Below are positions 13,301-28,300 of a stretch of DNA of 64,000 nucleotides, in pieces (the stretch's first letter is position 1; each line of letters begins with the position of its first letter). Source of the stretch: Mobula hypostoma (lineage: Eukaryota). The notes below the pieces were generated by a model. It was not told the DNA's origin and did no database searches. It saw only the letters and a program-made list of their open reading frames with translations. A program made the position numbers and the translations under genes. Location of the stretch: assembly GCF_963921235.1 (NCBI RefSeq), contig NC_086097.1, positions 25,918,001-25,982,000 of the forward strand, written 5' to 3'.

Positions 13301-16300
13301 GCATGGATTGATACCTGGAAGTATGATGTGGTAGCTATTAGTGAAACATGGTTCCAGGAGGGGTGTGATTGGCAACTAAATATTCCTGGAATTAATTGCA
13401 TCAGGTGTGATAGAATCAGAGGGACAAGGGGGGGGGAGGTGTTGCATTGCTTGTCAGAGAAAATATTACAGCGGTGCTCTGGCAGGATAGATTAGCAGAT
13501 ACTTGTAGTAAGCACAAGGTTGTGATTGTGGGAGATTTTAATTTTCCACACATAGACTGAGAAGCCCATACTGTAAAAGGGCTGGATGGTTTGGAGTTTG
13601 TAAAATTTGTGCAGGATAGTTATTTGCTGCAATACATAGAGGTACCAACTAGAGAAGGGGTAGTGTTGGATCTCCTGTTAGGGAATGAGATAGGTCAGGT
13701 GACGGAGGTTTGTGTTGGGGAGCACTTTGGGTCCAGTGATCACAATGCTATTAGTTTCAATATAATTATGGAGAAGGATAAGTCTGGACCCAGGGTTGAG
13801 ATTTTTGATTGAAGAAAGGCTAACTTTGAGGAGATGCGAAAGGATTTAGAAGGAGTGGATTGGAACCATTTGTTTTATGGGAAGAATGTAATAGAGAAAT
13901 GGAGGTCATTTAAAGGTGAAATTTTGAGAGTACAAAATCTTTATGTTCCTGTTAGTTTGAAAGGAAAGGTTAAAAGTTTGAGAGAGCCATGGTTTTCAAG
14001 GGATATTGGAAACTTGGTTCGGAAAAAGAGAGATATCTACAATAAATATAGGCAGCATGGAGTAAATGAGGTGCTCGAGGAATATAAAGAATGTAAAAAG
14101 AATCTTAAGAAAGAAATTAGAAAAGCTAAAAGTAGATGTGAGGCAAATAATGTGAAAATAAATCCCAAGGGTTTCTACCATTATATTAATAGCAAAAGGA
14201 TAGTGAGGGATAAAATTGGTCCCTCAGAGAATCAGAGTGGACAGCTATGTGTGGAGCCAAAAGAGATGAGGGAGATTCTGAACAATTTCTTTTCTTCGGT
14301 ATTCACTAAGGAGAAGGATATTGAATTGTGTAAGATGAGGGAAACAGGTAGGGAAGTTATGGAAACTATGATGATTAAAGAAGAGGAGGTACTGGAGCTT
14401 TTAAGGAATATAAAGGTGGATAAGTCTCCGGGTCCTGACAGGATATTCCCTAGGACCTTGAGGGAAGTTAGTGTGGAAATAGCAGGGGCTCTGACAGAAA
14501 TATTTCAAATGTCATTAGAAACGGGGATGGTGCCGGAGGATTGGCGTATTGCTCATGTGGCTCCATTGTTTAAAAAGGGTTCTAAGACTAAACCTAGCAA
14601 TTATCGGCCTGTGAGTTTGACGTCAGTGGTGGGTAAATTGATGGAAAGTATTCTTAGAGATGGTATATATAATTATCTGGATAGACAGGGTCTGATTGGG
14701 AACAGTCAACATGGATTTATGCATGGAATGTCATGTTTGACAAATCTTATTGAATTTTTTGAAGAGGTTACTAGGAAAGTTGACGAGGGTAAAGCAGGGG
14801 ATGTTGTTTATATGGACTTCAGTAAGGCCTTTGACAAGGTCCCACATGGAAGGTTGGTTAGGAAGGTTCAATCGTTAGGTATTAATATTGAAGTAGTAAA
14901 ATGGATTCAGCAGTGGCTGGATGGGAGACGTCAGAGAGTGGTGGTGGATAACTGTTTGTCAGATTGGAGGCCGGTGACTAGTGGTGTGCCTCAGAGATCT
15001 GTACTGAGTCCACTGTTATTTCTCATATACATTAATGATCTGGATGATGGGGTGGTAAATTGGATGAGTAAGTATGCAGATGATACTAAGATAAGTGGAG
15101 TTGTGGATAATGAAGTAGGTTTTCAAAGCTTGCAGAGAGATTTACGCCAGTTAGAAGAGTGGGCTGAAAGATGGCAGATGGAGTTTAATGCTGGTAAATG
15201 TGAGGTGCTACATTTTGGTAGGACTAATCAAAATAGGACATACATGGTAAATGGTAGGGCACTGAAGAATGCAGTAGAACAGAGGGATCTAGGAATAATG
15301 TTGCATAGTTCCCTGAAGGTGGAATCTTATGTGGATAGTGTGGTGAAGAAAGCTTTTGGTATGCTGGCCTTTATAAATCAGAGCATTGATATAGGAGCTG
15401 GGATGTAATGTTGAAATTGTACAAGGCATTGGTGAGGCCAAATTTGGAGTATTGTGTACAGTTTTGGTCACCGAATTATAGGAAATATGTCAACAAAATA
15501 GAGAGAGTACAAAGAAGATCTACTAGAATGTTACCTGGGTTTCATCACCTAAGTTACAGAGAAAGGTTGAACAAGTTGGGTCTTTATTCTTTGGAATGTA
15601 GAAGGCTGAGGGGGGACTTGATAGAGGTATTTAAAATTATGAGGGGGATAGATAGAGTTGACATGGATAGGCTTTTTCCATTGAGAGTGGGGGAGATTCA
15701 AACAAGAGGACATGAGTTGAGAGTTAAAGGGCAAAAGTTTAGGGGTAACTTCTTTACTCAGAGAGTGGTAGTTGTGTGGAACGAGCTTCCAGCAGAAGTG
15801 GTTGAGGCAGGTTTGATGTTGTCCTTTAAAGTTAAATTGAACAGCTATATGGACAGGAAAGGAATGGAGGGTTATGGGCTGAGTGCAGGTCGGTGGGACT
15901 AGGTGAGAGTAAGGGTTCGGCACAGACTAGACAGGCCGAGATGGCCTGTTTCTGTGCTGTAGTTGTTATATGGTTATATGGAGATAATCTTGTATGTAAG
16001 CAAACACCTTTTATGACCTCATTATCTTCCAAACCACCTTAGCATTCACTGAAGTTCTTCTGGTTGTGACAAAGAGTCAAGATATCTGCAACAATGTCGC
16101 AGAATGGCTGAGCAATAATGAGCAATTTGTTTATGAGATATTGGTCGATATTTATCCTTTAGCAGACTACCAAGAACTTTTCCCCTTTTCTAAATAGTGT
16201 CATGGGAATTTCAAAACCAAATAAGGTGGCAGGCAGGGCCTTCATTTAATATTTCAAGCAGTAATACAGAACTCAGGATATACAAGTATTTGGATAGACA

Positions 16301-19300
16301 TGGACTGATTAAGGATAGTCAGCATGGCTTTGTGCATGGTAGGTCACGTTTAACCAATCTTAAAGAGTTTTTCGAGGAGTTACCAGGAAAGTGGATGAAA
16401 GCAAGGCAGTAGATGTTGTCTACATGGTCTTTAGCTAGGCATTTGACAAGGTCCCGTATGGGAGGTTGGTCAGGAAGGTTCAGTCGCTTGGCATTCAAAA
16501 TGAGGTAGTAAACTGGATTAGACATTGGCTTTGTGGGAGAAGCCCATAGTACCAAGTGATAGTAGCTGGTTACCTCTCTGACTGGAGGCCTGTGACCAGT
16601 GGAGTACCAGAGATTGTAATGGGTCTTTTGTTGTTTGGCATCTACGTCAATGATCTGGATGATAATGTGTTTATCTAGATTAGCAAATTTGCAGATGACA
16701 TCAAAATTGGGGGTGCAGTTGACAGCAAGGAAAACTATTATAGACCAGCTGGAAAAATGGGCTGGAATTTAGTGCAGACAAGTGCCAGGTGTTGCATTTC
16801 AGTAGGACCAACCAGGGTAGGTCTTACATAGTGGACAGTAGGGCACTGAGGAGTGTGGTAGAACAAAGAGACCTGGGAATACAGGTCCATAATTTGTTGA
16901 AAGTGGTGTCACAGGTTGATAGGGTCATAAAGAAAGCTGTTGGCACATTGGCCTTCATAAATCAAAGTACTGAGTACAGAAGATTAGCTTTTTCCACTGA
17001 CATAGGGTGGAACTACAACCAGATGTTACAGATTAAGGGTAAAAGGTGAAAAGTTTAAGGGGAACACAAGGGAAAACTTCTCCACTTAAGAGAGCGGTGA
17101 GAATGCGGAACGAGCTGCCAGCACAAGTGGTACATGCGAGTTTGATTTCAACACTTAAGTGAAGTTTGGATAGGTACATGAATGATGGAGTATGGAGGCC
17201 TGTGGCCCTGGTGCAGGTCGATGGGAGCAGGCAGTTTAAATGGTTTCGGCATGAACTAGATGGACCAAAGAGCCTGTTTCTGTGCTGTACTTTTCTACGA
17301 CTCCAAAACTATGCATAGGAAGTGAGTCCGGATTAGCCGTTCAGGTCCATGAAATGAAATGTGAACCAATAATCTTCTGAACTAGAGCTGGTAAAAATAC
17401 CAGCAAAGTCACAGATGGCCTGATGGAGAAAATGAGACCTTGCCTTCTAACTTTAATAAAAGTCCATCTCGTGCACCCTCTATATTTATACACTGTAGCA
17501 TATCCCAAAATATCAAACAAGAAAAACTGCAGGTATTGGAAATCCAGAATAACACATACACAAACTGCCTAAGGAATTCAGCAGGTCAGACTGCATTTAT
17601 AGCGGAATGAACAGTTGATATTTCAGTCCAAGACCTGTTATCAGAACGATGAAGATCTGGGCCCAAAATGTCAACTGTTTATTGCTCTCCATGGGAGCTG
17701 CCTGACCTGCTGAGTTCCTCCAGCATTTTGTGTATGTATTACTCCTAAACTCTTAATTTGCAAAGTCCTCTATTAAATAAATTTTTAAATCGTGTAAGTC
17801 CAGATGAAAGTTCTTGACCCAAAACAGTAACTATCTACTTCCTTCTGTAAATACTGCCTGACCCACTGAGTTCCTCCGGCATCTTGTGCGTTGAGCCAGT
17901 GTAACTTACCTGAATTAGCAGGGATGGTGAGCACTTGCGGTGTCTGTTGTTGCTGTTGGGCCTGATGCTGCTGTTGCTGCTGCTGTTGTTGCTGCTGCTG
18001 CTGCTGGTGGTGATGCTGCTGCTGCTGTTGCTGCTGTGCCTGAATTAAAATCTGTTGTTCCTCTGAGTGGAATCCATCCACAGCCTTCGACTGCATCAGC
18101 TTGCTCTCCCATAGCTGAAATGATTGAAATAAAAAGGAAAAGATAACATGGAAGTCTTAGAGGGGAAAAAAAGTCAATAGGGAAAGATACATTTTACAAT
18201 AAATAACTAAATCGGTTGAAAGTCACTTTTAAACTTTGTCCAAATTTTCTACTAGATTTTAAAATATCACTGCCATGTTTGACCCAAGCAGAATTCTGTG
18301 GCAGTTTCTGGAAACAAATAGTATAATTTTACAAAGCAGGTCCTTCAGATACCGTCAGTGTTCATATTTTATTATAGCAGTTTCAAGTTACAATGTGAAG
18401 CTTTGTTAAATTCAGTTTAGCTGATATAATTGTAAGAAACTTAAGGCCACAGTAAAACACTTGAAAAGAAATGTGATAAGGGCAGAGATGGCAAAGAGAA
18501 GGATCCAGACAGGGGTGAATGAATAGTTTAAAATACTCTTAATCAGTGCCATTGGGAAGATGAGATAATAATGAACATTATATACTTTGCAATAGATCTG
18601 AAGATGGATGGGCTATAAATACAGGGAGAAGAATGTGATAGATATTCACTATCCTGGGCCAGAGTGTGGCCTTGCTTTTTGCCGAACTTAGCTTTGTAAA
18701 CATAGCAGATGACACTTCTAAAGATCAGTGTTTTTGAATAAGCTGAACTTCCAACTAATGTTCTTTGTTTAGCATCCAATCATAAACTGGAGCCAATCTT
18801 CAATTCTTAATGTAAATGGCAAGCAGTAATCAGTTTGAAGTTTAAAAAAAACACAGCTTTGCAAACAAGCACTTTTTATAGGGCAAGGTGTTGGTTCACA
18901 GCACCTGGACTGACTTTTGAAGAGGTACAGTATAAGACAAGATGATATATTTAATTGGGCTTGTTTCAAGCAGACACACTGACTAAGTTGTTTAGTATAA
19001 GGAAGCCTGCAAACTAGAAGGATATTATCATCTAGCATATCAATAGCTGATCTATTAAAAAGTTGGAAGGTTTATATACTCAGAGTCAACATCACAACAT
19101 TAATTGTGGGTGCTTGGGAACGCTGCCTCCAAAAGTTTTTACACCACTTGTGTTAATAGGTATCTGCAAAAAAGATCACGTATGTAAAATCACACAAGTG
19201 GCAAAGAAACTGTATAAATCAAGAACACAGTTCAGGCTTATTAGGAATGGGGTACAGAACATCAAGTAGCATGACAGAAACATGGAGAGAATTAGAATTT

Positions 19301-22300
19301 ATTTCTCTGCCTTCAATTTCTACGACAGACGACTGATTCGACTACGGCTTGATGGTGTGTCTACTTACCGTATAATCAGAATCAGGTTTATTTACACCGG
19401 CATGTGTTGTGAAATTTGTTAACTTAGCAGCAGCAGTACAATGCAATACATAATAATATCGAAGGAAAATAAATAATCAAGTAAATCAATTAAGGTATAT
19501 ATATATATGCACATTGAATAGATTAAAAATAGTGCAAAAACAAATATTTTTAAAAATGTACTTCTGATTTACAAATCTTTTGTTTTAGATGTGATTTGTA
19601 ATTTGGAAATCTTATACAAAATAAAAATTCTCTGAATGTTTTAAGAATGTGGTTTGAATTTAAACCTGTATCACTGAAAATAAATGAACTGTGTTTTAAA
19701 CTTCTTTGTTAGTTGGAAGTATCTTCTTGGTAGGGAGGGGGAATCCAGCTCAAATGGTGAGTATTGGCAGCTAAACTCGTTATGGAAGTTAAACAGGGAA
19801 GTGAACCAGACTTTGAAGATTGGGTAGTTACAGTATAAACTCCCTTTAGTGAGGATACCTGGAGCTACCTATACTGGATAGGGCTTAATGTCTTTGTTTG
19901 AGTTTTGAACTTCATGGTCAGCAATCTCAATACCATCACAGGAAATGGTGTCTTAAATAATACCAGTACCATAATCATTTCCTGACAACAGAGAATTCTA
20001 AGGAAGAAAGACCCTATTCAAAGATTATGACTTCCTGTTTGGAGATTCAAAGGGATATGTTAAACACTTCATACGGAATCCATTTTTAAAGGTTAACATT
20101 TAATTGACTATTTTTCAGAACTATGAGCTTAGAAAACATATTCTCCCTGTTAGTCTGGGTTCATGCGTTTTGAGGTGGATAACTAGGATAGATCACAGGG
20201 CTTCATACTCAATCTTTACATTACAACAGAAAAGGAAATCAGAAATTATGTAGTCTGGCAGTCCCATTGGCTGACCATTGTGCATTTCTCCAATGCAGCA
20301 TAGGGTAAATTACAAGCAGCCAAATCAATATATACTAAATTAAAATCAATACAATGGAAATCTGAGTATATGGATACCAATTACAGTGCACTTCAGAACA
20401 CAAATGAAGGCTAGCTCATCAACAACCTCAACATCAATAAGAATCAGAATCAGGTTTAATATCACTGGGCACGTCATGAAATTTGTTGTTCTGTGGCAGC
20501 AGTACATTGCAATACATAAAAAAATCTATAAATTACAATATTTATAGGAAGAAATCAAATAAATAGTGCAAAAAGAGAGCAAAAAAAAAAGTGTTTTCAT
20601 GGGGTCATTGCCAACTTAGAAATGTGATGGTGGAGGGCAAGAAGCTGTTCCTGAAACGCTGAGTGTGTCTTTAGGCTCTTGCACTGCCACCTGGATGGTA
20701 GCAATGAGAAGAGGGCATGTTCTGGCTGATGAGGGTCCTTAATGATTGGGTGCTGCCTTTTTGAGTCCTTCTCTGGTGTGAACAGCAAATCATAAGACAT
20801 AGAGCAGAATTAGGTCATTCGGCCCATCAAATCTGATCCTCCATTCCATCCTGGCTGATTCATTATCCCACTCAAACCTATTATCCTGCCTTTGCTTTGT
20901 AACCTTTGACACCTTGTATTATATCTTACGTCTGTCCCGTGTTACATCTATCCACAGTCAGCCATATGTCATCTATCAGATGTACACCAATGTAATATAT
21001 TACAGAGCATGATTTATATCAAAATTCCTACTTCGATCCATTTTCTTTTTTCTCTATCAAATTGTGAAGGTGTAAACCAGACTAGGAGAACAGTATCACA
21101 AGTAATTTGTGGCCCTCTGCATGAAAAACAGTCAATGGATTGGCTTTCATCCAGAGAATCTGGTTCCAAGCACTGTACAAGTCTGGGTAGGTATAAAAGC
21201 AGGCATGCCCTCTGCCAATATGGCAATCTCATTTGTAAAGGTTGTGGTATAACTTCTGTGGGAAATGGAAATAGTGTTGTGTAGTGCACTTCAAGTTATA
21301 ACAGTGGCATATTCTATTCAGAAAATGGAAAAACATTTCATTTGCATCATCTATGCCACAACTGTATTCCCATAATTGCAAGCAGGTTGTCCCTAATAAC
21401 ATATCTAGCCTTGACAAAAATAAATTACTGACATTTAAATACTACTGTTGAGATTGACCACAGCAAGATTAGAAATACCAGTGGCCATAATTTGAGTTAG
21501 ACTACACTGCAAAGCCAGCTGGTGGCGCAGTGACATCAGCGCCGGACTCCGGAGCAAAGGTTCCCGAGTTCAAATCCATTCCGGCGGCTCCTGGGCGCGC
21601 TTTCCATCCGTGCCAGGTTGAACATCAAGTTCGCAACTCAGCCTCGTAAAAAAAACTGCGCTGTGAGAAGGATGTGGGGGACCACTCACAGAATCTTTCT
21701 TCCAAGACAACCACTTGAAAAAGTGGTCGCCGAGGCTCTGGCAAAGTACGGCACACAAAAAAAAACACTGCAATGCTATTTTTCAAGAGCCACATCAAAA
21801 ATCCTAAACATGTTGACTCGTGAAAGGTTAATGGAAATGACACAGGTCTAATAAAGCTACCAAATCTTCTGGGGGAAGAACATCAACTAGTAAGACGAAA
21901 GCATCAACAGATCAGGCAACATCTGTGGAGAAACACAGTTAACAGTTTAGGTCAACGTTCTCATCAGAACTGCAAGTTAGAATAAAGAAGTTTTAAGCAA
22001 AAGAAGGGGGAGAGAAAGAAAGAATAGATGCTCAGATAGGTGTAATGCTGAGGGGTCATGCAGACAAGAAATAAAAAGTCAGCATAATAAAAAGTGCTAG
22101 TGGAAGTAGCAGGATCAGAGTAATCACCTAAAGTTTTGAATTAGAAGCTATATTCAGGAGACTGTAATGTGCCTGGTCAAAAGGCTGCTCTTTGGCATTA
22201 TGTTGAACTGGTACAGCAAAGGAATCAAGGCCAGAGAGACATAATGAAGCCAAGAACTAAAGTGAAAAGTGTTTTGAAGCTTGGGGTTACTCAATCTGCA

Positions 22301-25300
22301 TTTGGTCCCTCCAATGGAGCATAGCCTAAACTATAAGCAACCAATCCAATATATACTAAATTGAAAGCAATACAAGTAAACTGCTGTTTCCCCCACAGGG
22401 AATGAGGAGTGAGGAAGTTAAAATTGCAACTCCTGTCATGCATGGGACTACAATGAAGGAGAAACATGTGTTGCCTGTGATGAAAGAGCAAACCAGAGGA
22501 GAGAACAGTCCTTACGTGTCCCTTTTATTCACCATTTGCCATGGCTGAGAAATGCCTGTGGGCAAGCACCCAAAAGCTCCTTCCATTACTCTACATAGAT
22601 GAGCAAAGACCTGAACATGAAATCATTTTCTTAATCATGTTACAATTCGGCTGAGATTAAAAAGTCATTGCAAGGTATTAAGTGAAGAAGAAGAAGAAGA
22701 AAGCCTTTAACTCCGAATGGAGTCATCGGGATGCCGTCGTGACAGCGTTTTTTTAAGCAGGCTTTATTTTTATGAGGCCGAGTTGCTAGCTCGACGCTCA
22801 ACCCAGCACGGATGGGAAGCGTGTAAGGGAGTCGGCTGGATTTGAACTCGGGAGCCTGCGCTCCGAAGTCTGGCACTGATGCCACTACGCCACCAGCCGG
22901 CAAAGGTATTAAGTAATGCCAGAAAAAAAAGTGAGCACCCATGGGACTAGGAGTGAAACCTAATTTTATGACTTCTTAAATTTCAAGTTATTTTTATTAC
23001 CACTTGCCTACTTATTAATGGAAAGATCCCCACCGATGTTTATACTAGGAAGAACAAACCTCAGCTGAGTTTGTTGCTAAACCAATAGATGTTCTTACAA
23101 TCCTCAATGGAGCCACAATACTGTTGCAACCAAATAAACCCGAATAATTGCACAGGCTTTGTAATTATTGCAGTGGAAGTGAAATAATATTGCTGACACT
23201 TTTTTCTTGTTTGTATCCTGATATATAATTGTGAACCTAAATTACATTATAGCAGAAAAGAATATCACTTAAAATCTTGTAGAATCCAAAAAGAAAAAAA
23301 ACAAACATAATTGCAAGAAAATTGCATTATTGATGGCTAAATCAATCACTCATTTAGAATTATGGAAGGTAAACTTGAATTGCTTTGCAAAGAATTTCCT
23401 ACCTGACCAATAAAAAATTCAAATCAGAGCATCAATTTCATGTAATTCTTGCGTTTAATTAGCCAAAGCTGCAATGTCAAAATAACGCTGCCAAGATGAG
23501 AGAACTGATTATCACCAAAATGCAAATCAGGTTAAACTTTCATAGCATGTTCACTTTTCTATCTAGTTTTACTCTGAAACACGCATTGTTTTTTTAAATA
23601 AAAAACCTACCGTCTTTAATTCTATTAGAACTTGCTCATCCACTCCTTCATCGAGGAACTGTTCCCGCACATCATTAATTACGTCTTCAATCACTGATCT
23701 GTAGAGTTTAGGCTAAAGAAACAAAGCAAAATAAACAAGAGATTAAAGAGTTCATTTTTTGGTTATGGATATTACAGTGCTACTGAAATTAATTGCATGT
23801 TTTTCTAAAATATGTACCGTATGTTTTTCAAGATAACAGGATTTGCCACAGAGCAGTGGAGTGAATTATTAACAGATGAACCAGCCATACAAAGATAAAC
23901 AAACACTTAGTAATAAAAGGAAAACTTTGCATAGCCTCCATCTCCAAGGACCTTTGAAAATTCATCTTTCTCAGCAAATTTCAAAATTGAAAGAAAATAT
24001 CCTTCACTAGTTGGTTTCTTAAGCATTCAAAAGCCACCAGGACAGTGTAGTATTTATATTATCAATGAGCTTTTTGGTGTTCCTAGATGCAGTATAAGTT
24101 AGCATTCTGTACTGAAGTCTTCATCACCAACAGATAGCCATTGACAACACCTTTTGTCAGTTTTTCCCTGAAGATGTTAGGTATATGATTCCCTGTAAAG
24201 CACCCATCTCTATGGTATCTATAAAATGACAGTGCTTTGAGAGTATGGCTGGATTCATGATTATTAACAGACCATTTAAACAACTAGAGGTGAAGCAGTT
24301 TCATTCAAAGCTAATCTCTACATATACTAAGACATTTCCAATAGGACTTACAGAATAGTACTGTATCTACAAATAGAGCAGAGCGCCGATTTATCTATCC
24401 AACCACATCTCAGAGTTACTACATCTAAATGTAACAGCACCATCGTCTTTAAGCCAACTATAATTGATCTATTTGACTTACAGCAAGTACTAATGTTTGC
24501 CCACGTCCCACAACTGCACATCTACCACTCAAACTCTTCACATAAAATGAAAATTAATGTGGCTGTCATGCTGTATATGGATACATTGTGAATAAATTAT
24601 TTAGAATCCTAGGTTATTAGGTAGTTTATTTGTTTTATTAGCTTGATACATCAGAAAGCTATTGAGAGTAACATTTTAAATTATCCTGAACTCTCTTGAG
24701 ATTTGCTTCCCTCAATGCCATTCTCTGCTGTCAATTAAAAATGCTGGAGCAACTCAGAGGGTCAGGCAACATCAATGCGAACATTGAACAGTACATCACA
24801 GTGCCTTCAGCCCACAATGTTGTGCTGTACTGTTCAATGTTCGCCTTTGATGTTGCCTGACCCACGGATTACTCTAAAGTCAATCTAATGCTTCCATTCC
24901 AAACTGTCCTCCATTTTCTTGTAAGTCTCTCAAGTCCCTTATATGTCTCTAATACACCTGTCTTCATCACCACCCTTGGCAGTACGTTCCACGCACCCAC
25001 CACTCTCTCCATTAAAAAAACCCTCTGACATCCTTCAATCACCTTAAAATCATGCCTTCCCAGGCAGTCGTCCTTCAAAATGCTACTCAAGTTCTTCCAA
25101 CATTTTATGTGTTACTAAAGATTTCCATCAGTCCTTCTTGAGATTCTATGTCTGTTTACATTCATGATGGGGTCACTATCCTGCACTGAGTTTTGCACTG
25201 ATCCTTGATTCATGCTCAGCTGCTGCAATTGTCCAGGGATGGAGATGATTTCTACCGACTTACTACAAAACCAGAAAGCTTTTCTAGGAACTCCATATTG

Positions 25301-28300
25301 TCCACCCTGATGGGTGAAGTCTTTCATTGATTCTATCATGGTTTATGGATTTACTGAGTGTGCCTGCAAGAAAATGCACCTCTGGATTTTATATGCTGAC
25401 ATATGTACCTTGATGAAACATTGAACATAGGCATTTTATAGGCCCTTCGGCCCACAATGTTGTACCAACCATGTAACCTATTCAAGATGTATTGATAACA
25501 AATTTACTTTGAACTTCTGAATTTATGGATACATCGTGATCCTCCAGGCAGCCAACAGCTGAAAGGGTGTTGAAGTGTTAACCATAAACAAAGAATGCCA
25601 TTGATATGGGGAAGAAAATCAGATGAATGGGGTTCATTGTTAATTTCAATTAAATAGATTGAAAAAAAATAGCAGTAATTGTACAATGTACTTTTATGCC
25701 CACGCTGAGCCAGAAAGAGTCCTGAAGAGGTGACGACAAGACAAAAAGACATAGGAGAAAATTCAGGACATTCAGCCCATTGAGTATGCTACAACATTCC
25801 ATCATCGCTGAATTATTACCTCTCTCAATCCCATTCTCCCACCTTTTCCCCGTAACTTTTGACATCCTTACCTCTGCTTTAAATATACCCACAGCCATCT
25901 GTGGCAATGAATTCTATAGATTCACCACCCCCTGGCTAAAGAAATTCCTCATCTGTTCTAAAGAGACATCCCTCTATTATGAGGTTGTGTCCTTTGCTCC
26001 TAGACTCACCCACTATATGGAACATTCACTATCTGGGCTTTTTGATATTCGATAGGTTTCAATGAAATTACCCTCATTCTTCTAAAACTCCAGGAAGTAG
26101 AGGCCCAGAGCCATCAAACACTGCTCATATGATAACCCTTTCATTCCCAGAATCATTCTCATGAACCTCTACTGGACCCGTTCCAATACTATCACATTTT
26201 TAATGAGGTAAGGAGCCCAAAACTGCTCACAATACTCTACCCACAAGGATTCTACATCTTCTGATCCTACGTCACATCTTCTTAAGAATTTAGTTTCATT
26301 TTTTTTTTAAACCAACAGAGAAACAGCACTCCCTCTACCTACCTGCCTATCCTTTCGATAAAATATGCATCTTTGTACATTAACCTCCTATGATCTTCTT
26401 TCAGCCACGATTCAGTGATGCCCACATTGTACCTACCAATCTCTAACTGTGCTACAAGATCATCCACCTTATTCCGTATATTGTGTGTATTCAAGTATAA
26501 TACCTTCAGTGTTGTATTCATCACTTTTTGATTTTGCCCCCACATTATACTTCAACTCATCCCAATAACTGCAATTTTGCTCTTTCATCTGCTTATCTTC
26601 CTCACAGTCATATAACACACTGCACCTACTTGAATACCAACTGCCCCACTCTTGGCCCGATCAACTCCAGTTCCCATCCCCCTGCCAGGTTCACGAGAAT
26701 CATCCCAGGAATGGAAGGTTTAATGTATGAGGAACATTTGATGTTCTCTATTCACTGGAGTTTAGAAGAATGAGGGGAATCTCACTGAAAACTATCGAAT
26801 ATTGAAACGCCTAGATAGAGGAGACAGATGCTTCCTATCCTGGAGGAGTCTAGGACCAGAGGGTACAGCCTCAGAATAGAAGGACATTCCTTTAGAACAG
26901 AGATGAGGAGGAATTTCTTTTGCCAGTGGATTGTGAATCTGTGGAATTCGTTGCCAAGGACAGCTATGGAGGCCAAGTAATTGAAAGCGAACGTTATCAG
27001 ATTCATGATTAATAAAGGCGTCATAGAGGTTGTGGGTTGGGGAGCGGGGGGGGGTAAGATAAAAAATGAGACATAATGAATGGTGCAGACTCAATGGGTC
27101 ATATGGCCCACTGCTGATACTATGTCTTATTGTCAAACTGCTGGAGAAATTCAATGGGTCAAGAAGCATCACTATTTTGGAATCCCAATGCAGGGTCTTG
27201 ACCTGAAACGTTGACAATTCTTTTCCTCACACAGATGCTACTCAATGCTTTAAGATCCTCCGCAGTGTAGTATTTTTTAAACTGTCATGCCTCGATTAGT
27301 TTTGGTTCAAGTAATCAGCTGCCAATTAACATTTTAAATACCTGAACTTTCACAAAAGATGAAGACACAAGGAGAATTTGATGATGTGATTCCATCTATT
27401 GATAGGAAGTCAGTACTGCAACAAGTTAATGAGAAAGCTAACAGGCCAAGGTAAGGATACATAAGCATCAATACTACAGCATAGTAATTTCCCCAACCTA
27501 TTCCTGTGTCATTAAAAATTTACTTCCCTTAAACGTCTACCCAAATTTCCCTTGAAATCAGGGATCACTTCACCACCCTCAAAGGCAACAAGTTCCAGAT
27601 CATTACCATTTGCAGCATTTAAAAGGTTCTTCCTCAAATTCCTCTTCCACCCCTTGCCCAAAACCTTAAATCTGTGGCCCTAGATCCTGTATCGTCAGCT
27701 AATAGGAACAGCTTTTCTTTGCATACCTCATCTAAATGTGATTACGCTGGAGAGGCTGCAGAAACAAATTCACAGAAACAGAATGTTGCCAACAATGGAG
27801 GGTTTCAAAGTACATTATCAAAATATGTATACTGTACACAACCTTGAAATCCGTCTCCTTGTAGGCAGTCACAAAACAAAGAAACCCAATAGAGCCCATT
27901 AAAAAAGACCATCAAACACCCAATGTGCAAAAAAAACAAATTGTGCAAATAATAAAAGTAAGCAAATAACATTCAAAACTGAAGTTCACAGAAGTGAGTC
28001 GACAGCCAGGAAACCAGTCACAGCTATTGCAGAAGCCCATCAGTTGCAGCCCACAGCCTCAGTTCAGCGCAGAAATGAGTGAACTTCATAGAGCAGTGAG
28101 CTAAACACAGGCCTGTCCCTCTCCTCCACCCTCAACATTCTGGCCCAGCGCCTAGATCAGCCAAACCTCGGGTCATTACTCACTCTCAGATCCAGACCCT
28201 GCCACTTTGATATGTTCTTGGGCCTAGGCCATGCTGCCTCGGTTCGGCCCGTACCCAATCTACCCCGGTGCTTAAATCAGCTATGAGGAGAGATTGAAAA

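Noticed and set aside
10533..17909. SNORA79 orthologue, expected in an intron from the human gene
   Set aside because: No H/ACA fold with both U6 guide pockets could be found by eye; needs a covariance-model search.
17915..18146. Ala-rich ORFs overlapping exon 3
   Set aside because: Alternative-frame and antisense readings of the CAG repeat.
21513..21590. tRNA gene
   Set aside because: A/B boxes belong to a SINE head with tail and TSD.
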